A stretch of 64,000 nucleotides of DNA, taken from positions 576,985 through 640,984 of the forward strand of contig NZ_OY759719.1 in assembly GCF_963662555.1 (NCBI RefSeq), given 5' to 3'. Shown here piece by piece: positions 39,934 through 50,269 of this stretch. The notes beneath the pieces were generated by a model. It saw nothing but the letters and a program-made list of their open reading frames with translations. It had not been told where the DNA came from and did no database searches. The position numbers and the translations under genes were made by a program. Positions within the stretch are counted from its first letter, which is position 1; every line of letters begins with the position of its first letter. This stretch comes from Thiomicrorhabdus sp. GTDB lineage: Bacteria > Pseudomonadota > Gammaproteobacteria > Thiomicrospirales > Thiomicrospiraceae.

Positions 39934-40922
39934 TTTTGTTCACTTTTAAGACGAGGTTTAACGATAGAGATGCTTCGTAAAAGACGGTAATTTAAAATGT
40001 TGTCAACAAACATAAGAGCTCTAAGTGTTAATATACTTAAAGAATAATAAGTCAGATTAAGTTTCATTTTCTTTTTCAGAAAGGACTGCTTAGAAATAAT
40101 TCCATCAAATAGTTCTGAGTTTTGAGTTTTGTGGGTCACTAAAAAATTAATTAGATTGACATAACAAGTTGCGATGAAAAAATTAACAATTTTTTCATCG
40201 CAAAACTGATAACCAAGTTGTGCTATTTTTTCAAAAGCGATTAGGTGTGTAAGTGCCTTTTCATTCATGTAGCTATTCATTGCTGAACCTTCACGAACAG
40301 TGTGCAAGTAAAGAAAGTTTTCTATAAAGATACATTTATTTGAATTAGCTAGTAAAGTCGCAATAAAAAGAATATCTTCACTAAAATGAATACTTTCATC
40401 AAAAAAAAGATTGTGTGATATTAAATTATCCTTTTTTGTCGCCAGCCCACAAATATGTAATCTAACTTTTTTAATAAAAAAGTTTTCTAGACTTTCTTTA
40501 CTTGAAAGAACTGCGTACTTATTGCAAATATGTTTTGTCTTTTTCCCCATATTTTTTTGTATTGAAAAAAGAATGGTGTCAGCATTATGACTAGCTTGTT
40601 GGTCAAGGATATTAAAAATACCAGTGGAGTACATATCATCGGAATCTAAAAAAAGAATGTATTCACCTGTGGATTTGAGTGTTCCCATATTTCTAGCACT
40701 CGATACGCCACCATTTTCTTTTTTATAAACTTTTATTCCTGGGTGTTCAATCACATAATTAGGCTTTTCTATTGATCCATCATCAATAATGACCAACTCA
40801 ATATCCTTTAAATCACGGTTTTTATATTCAGTTTCAAACCAATCAATAATGTTTTTTACATATTGGTAGGTGTTATAAACGGGCACTATTACTGAATACT
40901 TAATCATAAAATCGCTCTCCAA
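39930..40922 (-). CDS. glycosyltransferase family 2
   Basis: 330 aa with YSVIVPVYN, IIDDGS and LDSDD motifs. Confidence 0.85.
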   Translation of the reverse strand: MESDFMIKYSVIVPVYNTYQYVKNIIDWFETEYKNRDLKDIELVIIDDGSIEKPNYVIEHPGIKVYKKENGGVSSARNMGTLKSTGEYILFLDSDDMYSTGIFNILDQQASHNADTILFSIQKNMGKKTKHICNKYAVLSSKESLENFFIKKVRLHICGLATKKDNLISHNLFFDESIHFSEDILFIATLLANSNKCIFIENFLYLHTVREGSAMNSYMNEKALTHLIAFEKIAQLGYQFCDEKIVNFFIATCYVNLINFLVTHKTQNSELFDGIISKQSFLKKKMKLNLTYYSLSILTLRALMFVDNILNYRLLRSISIVKPRLKSEQK

Positions 40923-41989
40923 AGCAGATCAACTTGGTGTTTCTCTGTTTCTACGGATTTATTAAGTGCATTAGTGGACATGGTTTCATATTGCTGTTTA
41001 TCAGCACAAATTTTTTGTATTTTTTGGCTAAATTGCATTAGGTTTTTATTGTCTACGGCGTAACCATTTACACCATCATCAATAATCCATGTAAGTGCAT
41101 CAAAGTTATTATAAGCAACTATCGGCAAACCTTGGCTTCTGGCTTCTATTAAGGTTTGCCCAAAACCTTCATACCGTGAAGTCATAATAAATACAGCATA
41201 TTCTTTTAGTGTTTTTGCCACATCACTTGTAGGCCCTTTGTAAAAAGCTCGCTTATTGTCTTTAAGTTTGTTTTTTAAAGCACTTACTTCATCAAGGCTA
41301 CCATCGCCATAAATATCTAAGCAAAATGTATCGGGTAAAGAGTCAATTAGTTTAATCATTTCAGTAAAGTTTTTTTGCTGTTCATCAATACGGGCAATGG
41401 TCACCAGTTTTTTAGAAAACGTTGCAATTTGATTTGACGTTTCAAGCTTGCAACCACGTGGTATCACTCGAATTCGTCCTTCTAGTTTAGGATATATTTT
41501 TAATAAGGCTTCACTATCTTTATCAGTATAGACGGTAAAAAAATGGATATATTTAGCATAAAAGAACATTACTAACTTTGAGAAAGGCTCAAAAAACATA
41601 TCAAATTTATTAGTTTGAACTAAGATTATTTTGCTTTTTCGTAAGGTACTGAACGGAATATATAACAAGTCATTTGGATGAAAAAGGATAATAGTATCTA
41701 CGTTAGAAAGCTCTAATTTGGCAATCGATCGCCATTGGTTTTTTTTCGTTAAAAGTTTACGTAATAATCCAGCACTTTTTTTAGAACCAAAGCAGTTATA
41801 GATAACATTGGTGCTTTCAGAAAAATGTTCATCTTTTGGTACAAATTCAAAAAACTCATAAATGTCTTTATCTGTAGACAACTCTTGAATATGACGAATT
41901 AAAGTTTCAACACCGCCCATGGTGGTCGCTTTTTGGGGGTTAATAGTTACTAATTTATTCATCTCTGTTATCCTCAGAGCAACTGACAA
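40904..41989 (-). CDS. glycosyltransferase family 4
   Basis: 361 aa with EGFGQTLIEARSQGLPIVA. Confidence 0.85.
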   Translation of the reverse strand: MSVALRITEMNKLVTINPQKATTMGGVETLIRHIQELSTDKDIYEFFEFVPKDEHFSESTNVIYNCFGSKKSAGLLRKLLTKKNQWRSIAKLELSNVDTIILFHPNDLLYIPFSTLRKSKIILVQTNKFDMFFEPFSKLVMFFYAKYIHFFTVYTDKDSEALLKIYPKLEGRIRVIPRGCKLETSNQIATFSKKLVTIARIDEQQKNFTEMIKLIDSLPDTFCLDIYGDGSLDEVSALKNKLKDNKRAFYKGPTSDVAKTLKEYAVFIMTSRYEGFGQTLIEARSQGLPIVAYNNFDALTWIIDDGVNGYAVDNKNLMQFSQKIQKICADKQQYETMSTNALNKSVETEKHQVDLLWRAIL

Positions 41990-42965
41990 GTAATGCTTCC
42001 AGCCATTTTTCCTTTACTGTTTCTTGGCCAAAGATCTGTACAGCTTTATGTTGGATTGCTTTTTTTGTTGGGTGCGAAGTGTTGATCTTTAGTTGTTTTA
42101 TCATTGCTGAAGTCTCATCAAAAACAATTAAACCTTTAAACCCTTCTTTTTCTAACCAATTAAAAAAGGGATTTTTAATTGCAAAAACTGATACACCCAA
42201 AGTAATGGCAAAGAAAAAACTACCACTGACAATCATGTTTTCTTCAGAGTGTGCCAAAATAATACCGTTGGAGGCACTCACTAAATTAGCAGCTTCATTG
42301 TCAGGTATAAAGCGGGCATCAAATTGAATATTTTTTCCAACTGACAGTTTTAACAATTCATCAAGATAAGATTGGTCTCCAATTGAACCTGCAATTAAAA
42401 GAGTTTCTTCAAGATCCCAGTTTTTAATAATGGTTTCAATTTTTTTGTAACGTTCTATTCTTCCGAACATAGTGTAGTAATTATCGTAACTTGATTTGTA
42501 TTCATTGCTTAAACTTAAGTTATAAAGAGGATGTGGTACATAATCGTAGCCTTCTTTAATTAAATGGCCTGAGTGTGCAATTTTTTTATGGCACAGGTTT
42601 TCCCCAATATTTGTAATGAAAGTAGCTAGTTTTGCATGGAAACCTTTCATATTGTGTGGGTAGATATTGTGTCTTACATAGATTGTTTTTTTTGAAATTA
42701 GGCGAAAATACAATAAATACAGAAAATATTTGAATATCCCTAGAATTGAAAGCCCATTATTAGGAGACCGTAAATGATTCTCTAGCCAATTAATAATTAA
42801 AAGATCACTTTTTTTCTGGTCAAATAGCAATTTAGGTCTTTTTATAACGCTTTTTAAGCTTGAAGCAATTTCTACTTTAGTTTTAAAAGCGGTCTCAATT
42901 GCATTAATCGTATTTTGAACATACTGATTATCTTTGCTTGGCTCTGGAAAGTATTTAATTTTCAT
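41955..42965 (-). CDS. putative glycosyltransferase, family uncertain
   Basis: 336 aa with weak GT-B-like features and a position between glycosyltransferase genes. I recognise no diagnostic motif. Confidence 0.4.
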   Translation of the reverse strand: MKIKYFPEPSKDNQYVQNTINAIETAFKTKVEIASSLKSVIKRPKLLFDQKKSDLLIINWLENHLRSPNNGLSILGIFKYFLYLLYFRLISKKTIYVRHNIYPHNMKGFHAKLATFITNIGENLCHKKIAHSGHLIKEGYDYVPHPLYNLSLSNEYKSSYDNYYTMFGRIERYKKIETIIKNWDLEETLLIAGSIGDQSYLDELLKLSVGKNIQFDARFIPDNEAANLVSASNGIILAHSEENMIVSGSFFFAITLGVSVFAIKNPFFNWLEKEGFKGLIVFDETSAMIKQLKINTSHPTKKAIQHKAVQIFGQETVKEKWLEALLVSCSEDNRDE

Positions 42966-43007
42966 TATTTGTAAATTTCTGGTTTTCTTAAAGTTTATTT
43001 TGCAAAG

Positions 43008-43805
43008 TTAACATAGTTTTTCATTCCATAAATCACTAGGAAAGCTATCTATTAATTCTTTAGCATGCCATTTAATGGGGGCTTCTCCACCCATATCTAT
43101 GGCTTGTTGAATGCTTTTAGCAAAGACAGTATCTGTTCTCCCACTCCCTTGAAAATAATCATGGTATTTAAAGGGATCTTCATTTTCACTAGTTATTAAA
43201 CGAGCGGGTACTCCAAATGCTTCAGCAACAATAATTGCATGGAGAGATGAGCCTATTACGTATTTGCTTTGGACTATTCTTTTTAAAATATAGAAAAGAT
43301 CCATAGTGGGGTTTATGGTATTTTTATCTAGTTCATATTTACCTAAGTCATTCAGGTTGGGTATTATGGTAATGTTGAATTTTTTTTCTTCAGATAATAT
43401 TTTTAGTTCTGGAAAGTAGTGCGGTAGGAGTAGTGCGGGATCACCATATATTTCGGGGCAATTAATTCCCTTGTTAATTAAAAAATCACGTGTCAAGGGT
43501 CCTCTAACAGCTCTAACATCGAGGTCTTTAAAGTTATGTGAGGTATCTTTTATTTTTCCATTTCGACCGCTTCCCCAAATCGTATCAAAATCTTTTGCAA
43601 AATGAAGTATTGAACCTACACCAAGCAAACGTTTACTGTTAGTTCTTTGGTTATTGACTATTCCTTTATCTTGAAGAATTTTTTCAATTATTAAAGGACC
43701 TAATAGGTCACCGAAATTATTAACTGGAGCTTTAATTGGAATATAAGAAAACGGCTTCTTTTTGAAAATAGAACGTTTTGGGTTCCAATGAACTATGTCA
43801 ACCAT
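43008..43805 (-). CDS. polysaccharide pyruvyl transferase (WcaK/CsaB-like)
   Basis: 265 aa with the N-terminal NFGDLLGPLI motif and a C-terminal GSSLHAIIVAEAFGVP. Confidence 0.75.
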   Translation of the reverse strand: MVDIVHWNPKRSIFKKKPFSYIPIKAPVNNFGDLLGPLIIEKILQDKGIVNNQRTNSKRLLGVGSILHFAKDFDTIWGSGRNGKIKDTSHNFKDLDVRAVRGPLTRDFLINKGINCPEIYGDPALLLPHYFPELKILSEEKKFNITIIPNLNDLGKYELDKNTINPTMDLFYILKRIVQSKYVIGSSLHAIIVAEAFGVPARLITSENEDPFKYHDYFQGSGRTDTVFAKSIQQAIDMGGEAPIKWHAKELIDSFPSDLWNEKLC

Positions 43806-43829
43806 AAGTAAGTAATCCCTTTGAATTCT

Positions 43830-45152
43830 TCATTTTTTTGACAAATAAATTGTAGTTGTAATTAACAGTAAATTTAGTAGAACATTTAATGTGCTAAAGG
43901 ATGCTATAGTTACTAAAGCACTATTGGTTAAGTAGTAGCTGACAAGTAAGGTTGCAAATCTTAAAAAAAGTGAAAGCACTTCAAAAAGAAATATTTCTTT
44001 TTGGAACCCTAATACAGGTATTGAAACAAAGCTTGGTCTGTTAATAAATGCTGAATAAAGCCACAATGATAGCCAACGGGCATATTCTCCTGCACTATTC
44101 CATTCTTCACCAAAAACAAAACTGAAAAGCCAAGGCCCAATTACAATGACTATACCAAATGGTACTAGGCCTAATAATGCTAATGCTTTTGTTGCTTTTA
44201 ATATTAATTTATCTAGCTCTTCATTATTATGAGAGGCATCATTTATTCGTGGATAAAAGACGTCGCCTACTGATTTACCTATTAATTTTGCGGGTATTTC
44301 TAAAACCATTCTGGCTAAGGAATAAAATCCCGCGGCTATGGGTCCAAAAAAACTGGCTAAAATTAAAACGGGCATATTTTGAGAAATCGCATTGATGAAT
44401 AATTGCGGGGCACGATATAGTGGAAAGTCTATATGAGCAATTGCTAACTGGTTTACTGTCTTTGGGTTGTCATCTGAATCCATTTCAGCTTTGGCATTTG
44501 TATTGAATTTAAGGCTAATAGCCATCATAAATGCATGCAATGCACTACCTAAAGCAGTAATGGTAATTAGAACCACGGCTGTTGGGTTTATCCATCCAAT
44601 TCCTGTTTTTGTACTGTTAATGATTAATGATTGAACAATTGCAATTTTTGCAGTTGTTTTAAATTGTTTTTTCCGAATGAGCCATTGCTCGGTAATCTGT
44701 AGTAACGTCGCAAAAAATAATGCAAGAGGTATTAACATCATGTAGGGTGAAATCTTTTCTGAGCCAATAAGATTAAGTATAGATTCTCCCCAAAAATATA
44801 GAATTATTGAGAAAAAACAAGTAATGATAAATGCAAGGAAAAATGAAAGCTTAGCAATTAATTTGGCATCTGTATCTTTTTTCGGTAACACGATCGCTAC
44901 AGGGTACGTTAAAGCTGTTATTGGAGCTAATATTGCTATTAATGCGACAAATACACCTAATAACCCAAAAGTTTCTGGGCCGTATATGCGAGTAAGAAAA
45001 GGTGCAAAAGCCATGGTAATCGCCTGGGCACCAGCCGTTCCTGTTGCGACGATAGCGACGTTGCGAACAAATTTATTTTTTGTTATTTGTTGAATTTTGG
45101 CTTTCACACTGCAACTTCTTAAAGGGATAACCTTTCTTATCCTGGAATTCAC
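43830..45152 (-). CDS. wzx: Wzx-type (MOP family) repeat-unit flippase
   Basis: 440 aa, 12-14 TM segments. The GTG start from the ORF track is uncertain. Confidence 0.75.
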   Translation of the reverse strand: MNSRIRKVIPLRSCSVKAKIQQITKNKFVRNVAIVATGTAGAQAITMAFAPFLTRIYGPETFGLLGVFVALIAILAPITALTYPVAIVLPKKDTDAKLIAKLSFFLAFIITCFFSIILYFWGESILNLIGSEKISPYMMLIPLALFFATLLQITEQWLIRKKQFKTTAKIAIVQSLIINSTKTGIGWINPTAVVLITITALGSALHAFMMAISLKFNTNAKAEMDSDDNPKTVNQLAIAHIDFPLYRAPQLFINAISQNMPVLILASFFGPIAAGFYSLARMVLEIPAKLIGKSVGDVFYPRINDASHNNEELDKLILKATKALALLGLVPFGIVIVIGPWLFSFVFGEEWNSAGEYARWLSLWLYSAFINRPSFVSIPVLGFQKEIFLFEVLSLFLRFATLLVSYYLTNSALVTIASFSTLNVLLNLLLITTTIYLSKK

Positions 45153-45161
45153 CAGGCCTGG
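45152..45161. repeat. CCAGGCCTGG palindrome, exact copy
   Basis: At the ugd-stop / wzx-start junction (caCCAGGCCTGGtaaattt). Confidence 0.95.
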
Positions 45162-45181
45162 TAAATTTGAAACGGATTGGT

Positions 45182-46405
45182 TTAATCGTTACCAAACAAA
45201 TCACGGGTATAGACTTTATCCGCTACATCTAATAAATCATCAATCATGCGATTGGCAATGATTACATTACTTTGTTTTTTAAATTCATTGAAGTCATTGA
45301 TGACTTTTGAGTGAAAGAACTCAGTTTTGCCTTCTTCTGTTAAAACAGGTTCGTAAATGACGACTTCAATACCTTTGGCTTTGATGCGTTTCATAATGCC
45401 TTGAATGGCACTGGCTCTAAAATTGTCTGACCCTTGTTTCATAACTAGGCGATAAATTCCAACGATGCCATTGCCTGTGGTTGGGTTCTGAATATCAAAA
45501 CTAGGATCGTTTTGAAGTTTTTTAATGACTTGTTCTGCAATAAAGTCTTTACGGGTGGTGTTTGAATCTACGATTGCTCTAATAATATTATTAGGTACAT
45601 CTTGATAATTGGCTAACAGTTGTTTGGTGTCTTTTGGTAGGCAGTAACCACCATAACCAAAACTTGGATTGTTGTAGTGATTTCCAATGCGAGGGTCTAA
45701 GCCTACACCTTCAATGACTTGTTTAGCACTTAAACCATGACTTTCACAATAGGTGTCTAGTTCATTAAAGTAAGAGACACGCATCGCTAAATAAGTGTTA
45801 GAGAAGAGTTTGACTGCTTCGGCTTCTGTACTATTGGTAAATAGAACGGGAATCTCTTCTTTTGCTTTAGCAGCACCTTCAACTAACAGGCCTGCAAATA
45901 TTTTAGCTTGCTCAGACTCATCGCCTACAATAATACGTGACGGATAAAGATTATCGTAAAGGGCTTTACCTTCTCTTAAAAACTCTGGAGAAAAGATAAT
46001 ATTATTGCAGTTAAATTTGGCTTTAACTTGATCTGTGTAACCGACTGGAATAGTCGATTTAATGATCATGGTGGTATTTGGGTTAATGGCTAAAACATCC
46101 GCAATGACCGCTTCTACTGAACGAGTATTAAAGGTATTGGTAACCGTGTCGTAATCAGTTGGAGTGGCTATTATGACAAAATCGGCATTTTGGTAGGCCT
46201 GGTCTTTGTCTAAAGTGGCGGTAAAGTTTAGGGATTTATTTTCTAGAAAATCAGTGATTTCGGTATCAACTATTGGAGATTGTTTTTTGTTTAGTAAATC
46301 AATCTTTTCAGGAATGATATCTAAAGCGACCACTTCATGGTTTTGAGCCAATAATACAGCTAAAGATAAACCTACATATCCGGTTCCAGCGACTGCGATT
46401 TTCAT
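45182..46405 (-). CDS. ugd: UDP-glucose 6-dehydrogenase
   Basis: 407 aa with [13 protein letters not shown] and the catalytic motif [10 protein letters not shown]. Confidence 0.9.
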   Translation of the reverse strand: MKIAVAGTGYVGLSLAVLLAQNHEVVALDIIPEKIDLLNKKQSPIVDTEITDFLENKSLNFTATLDKDQAYQNADFVIIATPTDYDTVTNTFNTRSVEAVIADVLAINPNTTMIIKSTIPVGYTDQVKAKFNCNNIIFSPEFLREGKALYDNLYPSRIIVGDESEQAKIFAGLLVEGAAKAKEEIPVLFTNSTEAEAVKLFSNTYLAMRVSYFNELDTYCESHGLSAKQVIEGVGLDPRIGNHYNNPSFGYGGYCLPKDTKQLLANYQDVPNNIIRAIVDSNTTRKDFIAEQVIKKLQNDPSFDIQNPTTGNGIVGIYRLVMKQGSDNFRASAIQGIMKRIKAKGIEVVIYEPVLTEEGKTEFFHSKVINDFNEFKKQSNVIIANRMIDDLLDVADKVYTRDLFGND

Positions 46406-46536
46406 TTTAATACCCTATAAAAGTTTTTTATTTATTGTACCCAGTAAACAGCATGAGGTAAATAAATGTACGTAATTAAATATACTTAAATTAAATGGCT
46501 AATATTGAGTTAATGGCCATACTTGTTGGCGATTAA

Positions 46537-46965
46537 CTATTTACACAAGTTATATGTATTTTGTTTAGTGGCTTTTGCATACATGCAGGTTAGTGCAAGT
46601 AAGTTATTGGCTTGTAAAATGGGCTTTAATTTTTTAGCGTTTTTAGGGCCGCTTGTGGCTTGTTGGGTAATGACTCTTAACATGTCACTTTTGGTTTTGT
46701 TGTTTAATTTTTGCCAGGCCTGTATGCCAAGCTGTATAAATAATGGGGTAACTTCTGGATTATGATTTGATGTGAGTTTTACCTGATTGTAGGTGTGATA
46801 AAGCTCTTTGTCATACTGGTTAAGTTCAATTTTTATACTTAATAAATTTAACCAGGCTTTTGGCCATAACGGGATTAGGGCTGTTTGTTTGCGATACGAT
46901 TGTAATGCGTGTAAGCGATTTCGTTGGGCATTACTGTCTGCAATGGTTGCGAATATGTCTGCCAC
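46537..46965 (-). CDS. hypothetical protein, possibly the 3' part of a frameshifted gene
   Basis: 142 aa from a GTG. It overlaps the upstream ORF by 91 nt in another frame. Confidence 0.4.
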   Translation of the reverse strand: MADIFATIADSNAQRNRLHALQSYRKQTALIPLWPKAWLNLLSIKIELNQYDKELYHTYNQVKLTSNHNPEVTPLFIQLGIQAWQKLNNKTKSDMLRVITQQATSGPKNAKKLKPILQANNLLALTCMYAKATKQNTYNLCK

Positions 46966-47237
46966 TGTAAAATCTTGCCTTTATTCTCTTGTAAAAAAGC
47001 ATTATTAACGGGGTTTATATTTATGGCGTTTTCACTGGCTTGTTTGGCCGCTAACCAGGCCTGGTCATTTGGTGTTGTTTTTTTATTTTGCCAATCATTT
47101 AAAAATAGATTGCTTTGAATGTTGTATAAACTTGCAATAAGCATGCTTGCGGCTAAATAAATGACCAGGCCTGCAAAAATTAGTAAGCCAATCGCTTTTA
47201 ATTTATTAATTTGTATTTTTGCTTGGTTGATAGTCAT
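46875..47237 (-). CDS. membrane-anchored hypothetical protein, possibly the 5' part of a frameshifted gene
   Basis: 120 aa with one N-terminal TM segment (IGLLIFAGLVIYLAASMLIASL). Confidence 0.45.
   Translation of the reverse strand: MTINQAKIQINKLKAIGLLIFAGLVIYLAASMLIASLYNIQSNLFLNDWQNKKTTPNDQAWLAAKQASENAININPVNNAFLQENKGKILQWQTYSQPLQTVMPNEIAYTHYNRIANKQP
47055..47064. repeat. CCAGGCCTGG palindrome, exact copy
   Basis: Inside minus-strand ORF 46875..47237, read as Q-A-W. Confidence 0.95.
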
Positions 47238-47298
47238 TTGCTTTTAGTCTTTGGGTCTTATTGGGTTGTTGGCGGTATTTGGTTGTTTAATAGCATTT

Positions 47299-48021
47299 TT
47301 AAAATATATTTTTGGTCATTTCAATTGGGTTATCTAACACCAGTTTTTTTGCAGCGTTTTCACCGATTAATTCCGTTGCCGCTTGTAAGCTGTTGGTTAA
47401 TTTCGGCGGTCGGTATTTAATATTGTGTGCATCGGTTGCCATAATGGTAACTTTGTTTTCTAAAAGTAGTTGTTGGGCAATGGCTTTACTGGCTTGACCA
47501 AAGTTACCTGTTAACGCACCGCCTGTTATTTGTAATAAGCAGCCTTGATCTAAAAAGGGTTTGAGCTTACCTGGGTTATTGATAATGGCTAGGTTACGCT
47601 CAGGGTGTGCAATTATTGGGGTTATTCCCTGAAATAATAGCCATTTAGTTAGGTTGTCACTGCCTACTGGAATAATATTGGATGGCAGTTCTAGCAGTAA
47701 AACGGGGCTGGTTTGCCATTCTCCCAAAAAGGGCAGGGTTTGGTTTTTAACTGCATTTATAATTTCTGGCCCAATTCGCACTTCGGCCGCGGCGGCGATT
47801 TTTAAATTAAGATTGTTTTGCTGTAAAGCAGATCTAAATTCTTGCAGTGCTGATTGGATGGTTGTGATGTTGTTGTCATAACGCCCAGGGTGTATGTGCG
47901 GTGTGCACACCATATGGGTAATGCCATCATCAATTGCTATTCTTGCAAGTTCTAAAGCGGTTTCAATATTGGGTGCACCATCATCTATGCCAGGTAGAAG
48001 ATGGTTGTGTAAGTCGTACAT
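47299..48021 (-). CDS. PHP-family (CpsB/YwqE-type) protein-tyrosine phosphatase
   Basis: 240 aa with MYDLHNHLLPGIDDGAP, CTPH and ATDAHN motifs. Confidence 0.85.
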   Translation of the reverse strand: MYDLHNHLLPGIDDGAPNIETALELARIAIDDGITHMVCTPHIHPGRYDNNITTIQSALQEFRSALQQNNLNLKIAAAAEVRIGPEIINAVKNQTLPFLGEWQTSPVLLLELPSNIIPVGSDNLTKWLLFQGITPIIAHPERNLAIINNPGKLKPFLDQGCLLQITGGALTGNFGQASKAIAQQLLLENKVTIMATDAHNIKYRPPKLTNSLQAATELIGENAAKKLVLDNPIEMTKNIF

Positions 48022-48046
48022 GCTTTATGCCTTGTATTTTAGGCAA

Positions 48047-50269
48047 TTAGCTTTTGCTATAACCGTAATAGTCATAATATCCATCGTAACCATAGCCGTG
48101 CTTTTTGGCTTTCTTGATATCAACCTGGTTCAAAATAGTGCCTTGCATTGGTGCTCGGTGCTGTAGTAGTTTACCAATCCCTTTTTTAACCAGGTCTTTG
48201 GATGTGGATTCTGCTTTAACAACATAAAGCACAGCATCTGCAAAGGTGGATAGCAATAGTGCATCACTTACTGCTTGAACAGGTGGTGAGTCGATAATGA
48301 TTCGATCATATTCCACCGACAACTCTTGCAATGTGCGTTTAAACTTTTCAGTTGAAAGTAGTTCTAACGGATTCGGTGGTACTACGCCTGCCACCATGGT
48401 GTCGATACCACCGTATAAAGATTGAATAGCTTCTTCTTGGGTTGCTGTGCCAGCAATTAAATTTGCCAGGCCTGGTGTTCCAGGCGGTAATCCAAAACTG
48501 CGAGCGATATTTGGGCGACGCATATCGGCTTCTATAAGCAATACTTTTTCATTTTCACGAAGAGCATCGGATAAGTTAACCGATAAACTGGTTTTACCTT
48601 CCCCAGGTATGGAGGAGGTAATCACTATGATTTTATGTGGTTTTTCAATGGCAGATAAGGTTACCCCGGTGCGAATGGTTTTAATCGCTTCAGAGAAAAT
48701 TTTATCTGTGGCTTTATGGTACATTTGCGAAATATGCTGATTAGGTTTTTTTACAATCAATGGTACAACACCGAGTACTGGTAGGTTGGTTGCCATTTCA
48801 ATTTCATCGGTACTCTTAAAGGTGTTGTTCAAAGCATTTAATAGCAAAATTAAAAATACGGCTAACATTCCAGATAACAGGCCTGCTAAAACGATAATTA
48901 ACGATTTTTTAGGTTTAATCGGCTGGGTTGGAATAACAGCAGGATCAACAATACGAGCATTGGTTGTTTCAATATCAGCGGTCGCCGTAGTCTCTTTTAA
49001 ACGGTTTATAAAGGTGTCAAAAACCGCTTGGTTTGAATCTACTTCAAGTTGTAATGCTCTTAATTTATATTCGTCTTTAGAGATTTCTTTAATTTGTTCT
49101 TTGTTTTCATTGACTGACTTTTGTAAAGAACGTTCATTAGCTGAAGCAATTTGATACTCTTTTTGAATACCCGCAACAATTTGCTGTACTTGAGTTTTTA
49201 GGCTGGTTTGTGCTGCGTTTAAGTCACTTAAAGCGGCTTGCATAGCAGGGTGCTTTTTGCCATATCTTTTGGATAGCTCTTCAACTTTAGCTCTGGCTTT
49301 GGCTTCATCGGCTTTAAAGGTTTGGATTAACGGATGGCTTAATACTGCTGGTACGGTAGACAAACGTTTCCAGTCGTCTTTTTTAATATTTCTGACTTGG
49401 TTATATTGGCTTTCGGCCTCGGCTCTTTTACTACGTGCATCGACTAGGCGTTGGTTAATGGCTGAGAGTTCATTGGCTGAAATAGTGACAACGCCTTTAA
49501 CATCAATTAAGCCTTCTTTTTCTTTATAGGCCTGTAACTTGTCTTCTGATTTTTGAAGTTTTTCTTTTATATCAACTAGGCGTTCATTCATCCATTTAGT
49601 TGCGGTTAAAGAGTCTTCCATAGCGGCATCAAGCTGGCTTTTAATAAATTCTTTACCGATTTCATTTGCTGCAAGTGTGGCTAATTTAGGGTCGGCCATT
49701 TGCACACTGATATTGGCAAGTTGACTCTTCTTAATTGGTGATATAGAGACTCTCTTCATGAACTTATTCACAACTGAATCTAAGATTTCTTGTTCAGTAA
49801 GTGGTTTTTCTGCTAAATCTTCCGGTGATTGACCCGGTAAAAATTGCTTAAGGTTAAATGATTTAATAAAACCTTTAATGTCGATAAGCGGTGGCTTTTG
49901 TTGTCTTGGATCAAACTCTGGATTAGTTGTTAAATTGAGCTTTTTTACGACTCTTTCGGCAAGTACACGAGACTGAAGTAATTGAAACTGGGTAATTAAG
50001 TAGTCATTATCATTGCTTAGGCCGTAAACAGGATCAAATGAGACAACTTTATTTTCTTTTGGGTCTATTTGAATGGTTGCTGTGGCTTGGTAGGTTGGTG
50101 TAATACTCATAACGATAAGAGTAGTAAGTAACATCACAATAAAAACTAAGCTAATAATGCTCCATTTTTTACGCCAAACTGCCTTAATTAAAGGTAATAG
50201 GTCGATGACATCGTTATTTTGTGAGATGTTGTTGTCTGTTTGGTTTTGCATATTGATTGAGTTACCCAT
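48047..50269 (-). CDS. wzc: polysaccharide co-polymerase / BY-type tyrosine autokinase
   Basis: 740 aa. Two TM segments flank a coiled-coil periplasmic region. It has Walker A SSIPGEGKTS, IIDSPP and a C-terminal Tyr cluster HGYGYDGYYDYYGY. Confidence 0.9.
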   Translation of the reverse strand: MGNSINMQNQTDNNISQNNDVIDLLPLIKAVWRKKWSIISLVFIVMLLTTLIVMSITPTYQATATIQIDPKENKVVSFDPVYGLSNDNDYLITQFQLLQSRVLAERVVKKLNLTTNPEFDPRQQKPPLIDIKGFIKSFNLKQFLPGQSPEDLAEKPLTEQEILDSVVNKFMKRVSISPIKKSQLANISVQMADPKLATLAANEIGKEFIKSQLDAAMEDSLTATKWMNERLVDIKEKLQKSEDKLQAYKEKEGLIDVKGVVTISANELSAINQRLVDARSKRAEAESQYNQVRNIKKDDWKRLSTVPAVLSHPLIQTFKADEAKARAKVEELSKRYGKKHPAMQAALSDLNAAQTSLKTQVQQIVAGIQKEYQIASANERSLQKSVNENKEQIKEISKDEYKLRALQLEVDSNQAVFDTFINRLKETTATADIETTNARIVDPAVIPTQPIKPKKSLIIVLAGLLSGMLAVFLILLLNALNNTFKSTDEIEMATNLPVLGVVPLIVKKPNQHISQMYHKATDKIFSEAIKTIRTGVTLSAIEKPHKIIVITSSIPGEGKTSLSVNLSDALRENEKVLLIEADMRRPNIARSFGLPPGTPGLANLIAGTATQEEAIQSLYGGIDTMVAGVVPPNPLELLSTEKFKRTLQELSVEYDRIIIDSPPVQAVSDALLLSTFADAVLYVVKAESTSKDLVKKGIGKLLQHRAPMQGTILNQVDIKKAKKHGYGYDGYYDYYGYSKS
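48466..48475. repeat. CCAGGCCTGG palindrome, exact copy
   Basis: Inside minus-strand wzc, read as P-G-L. Confidence 0.95.
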
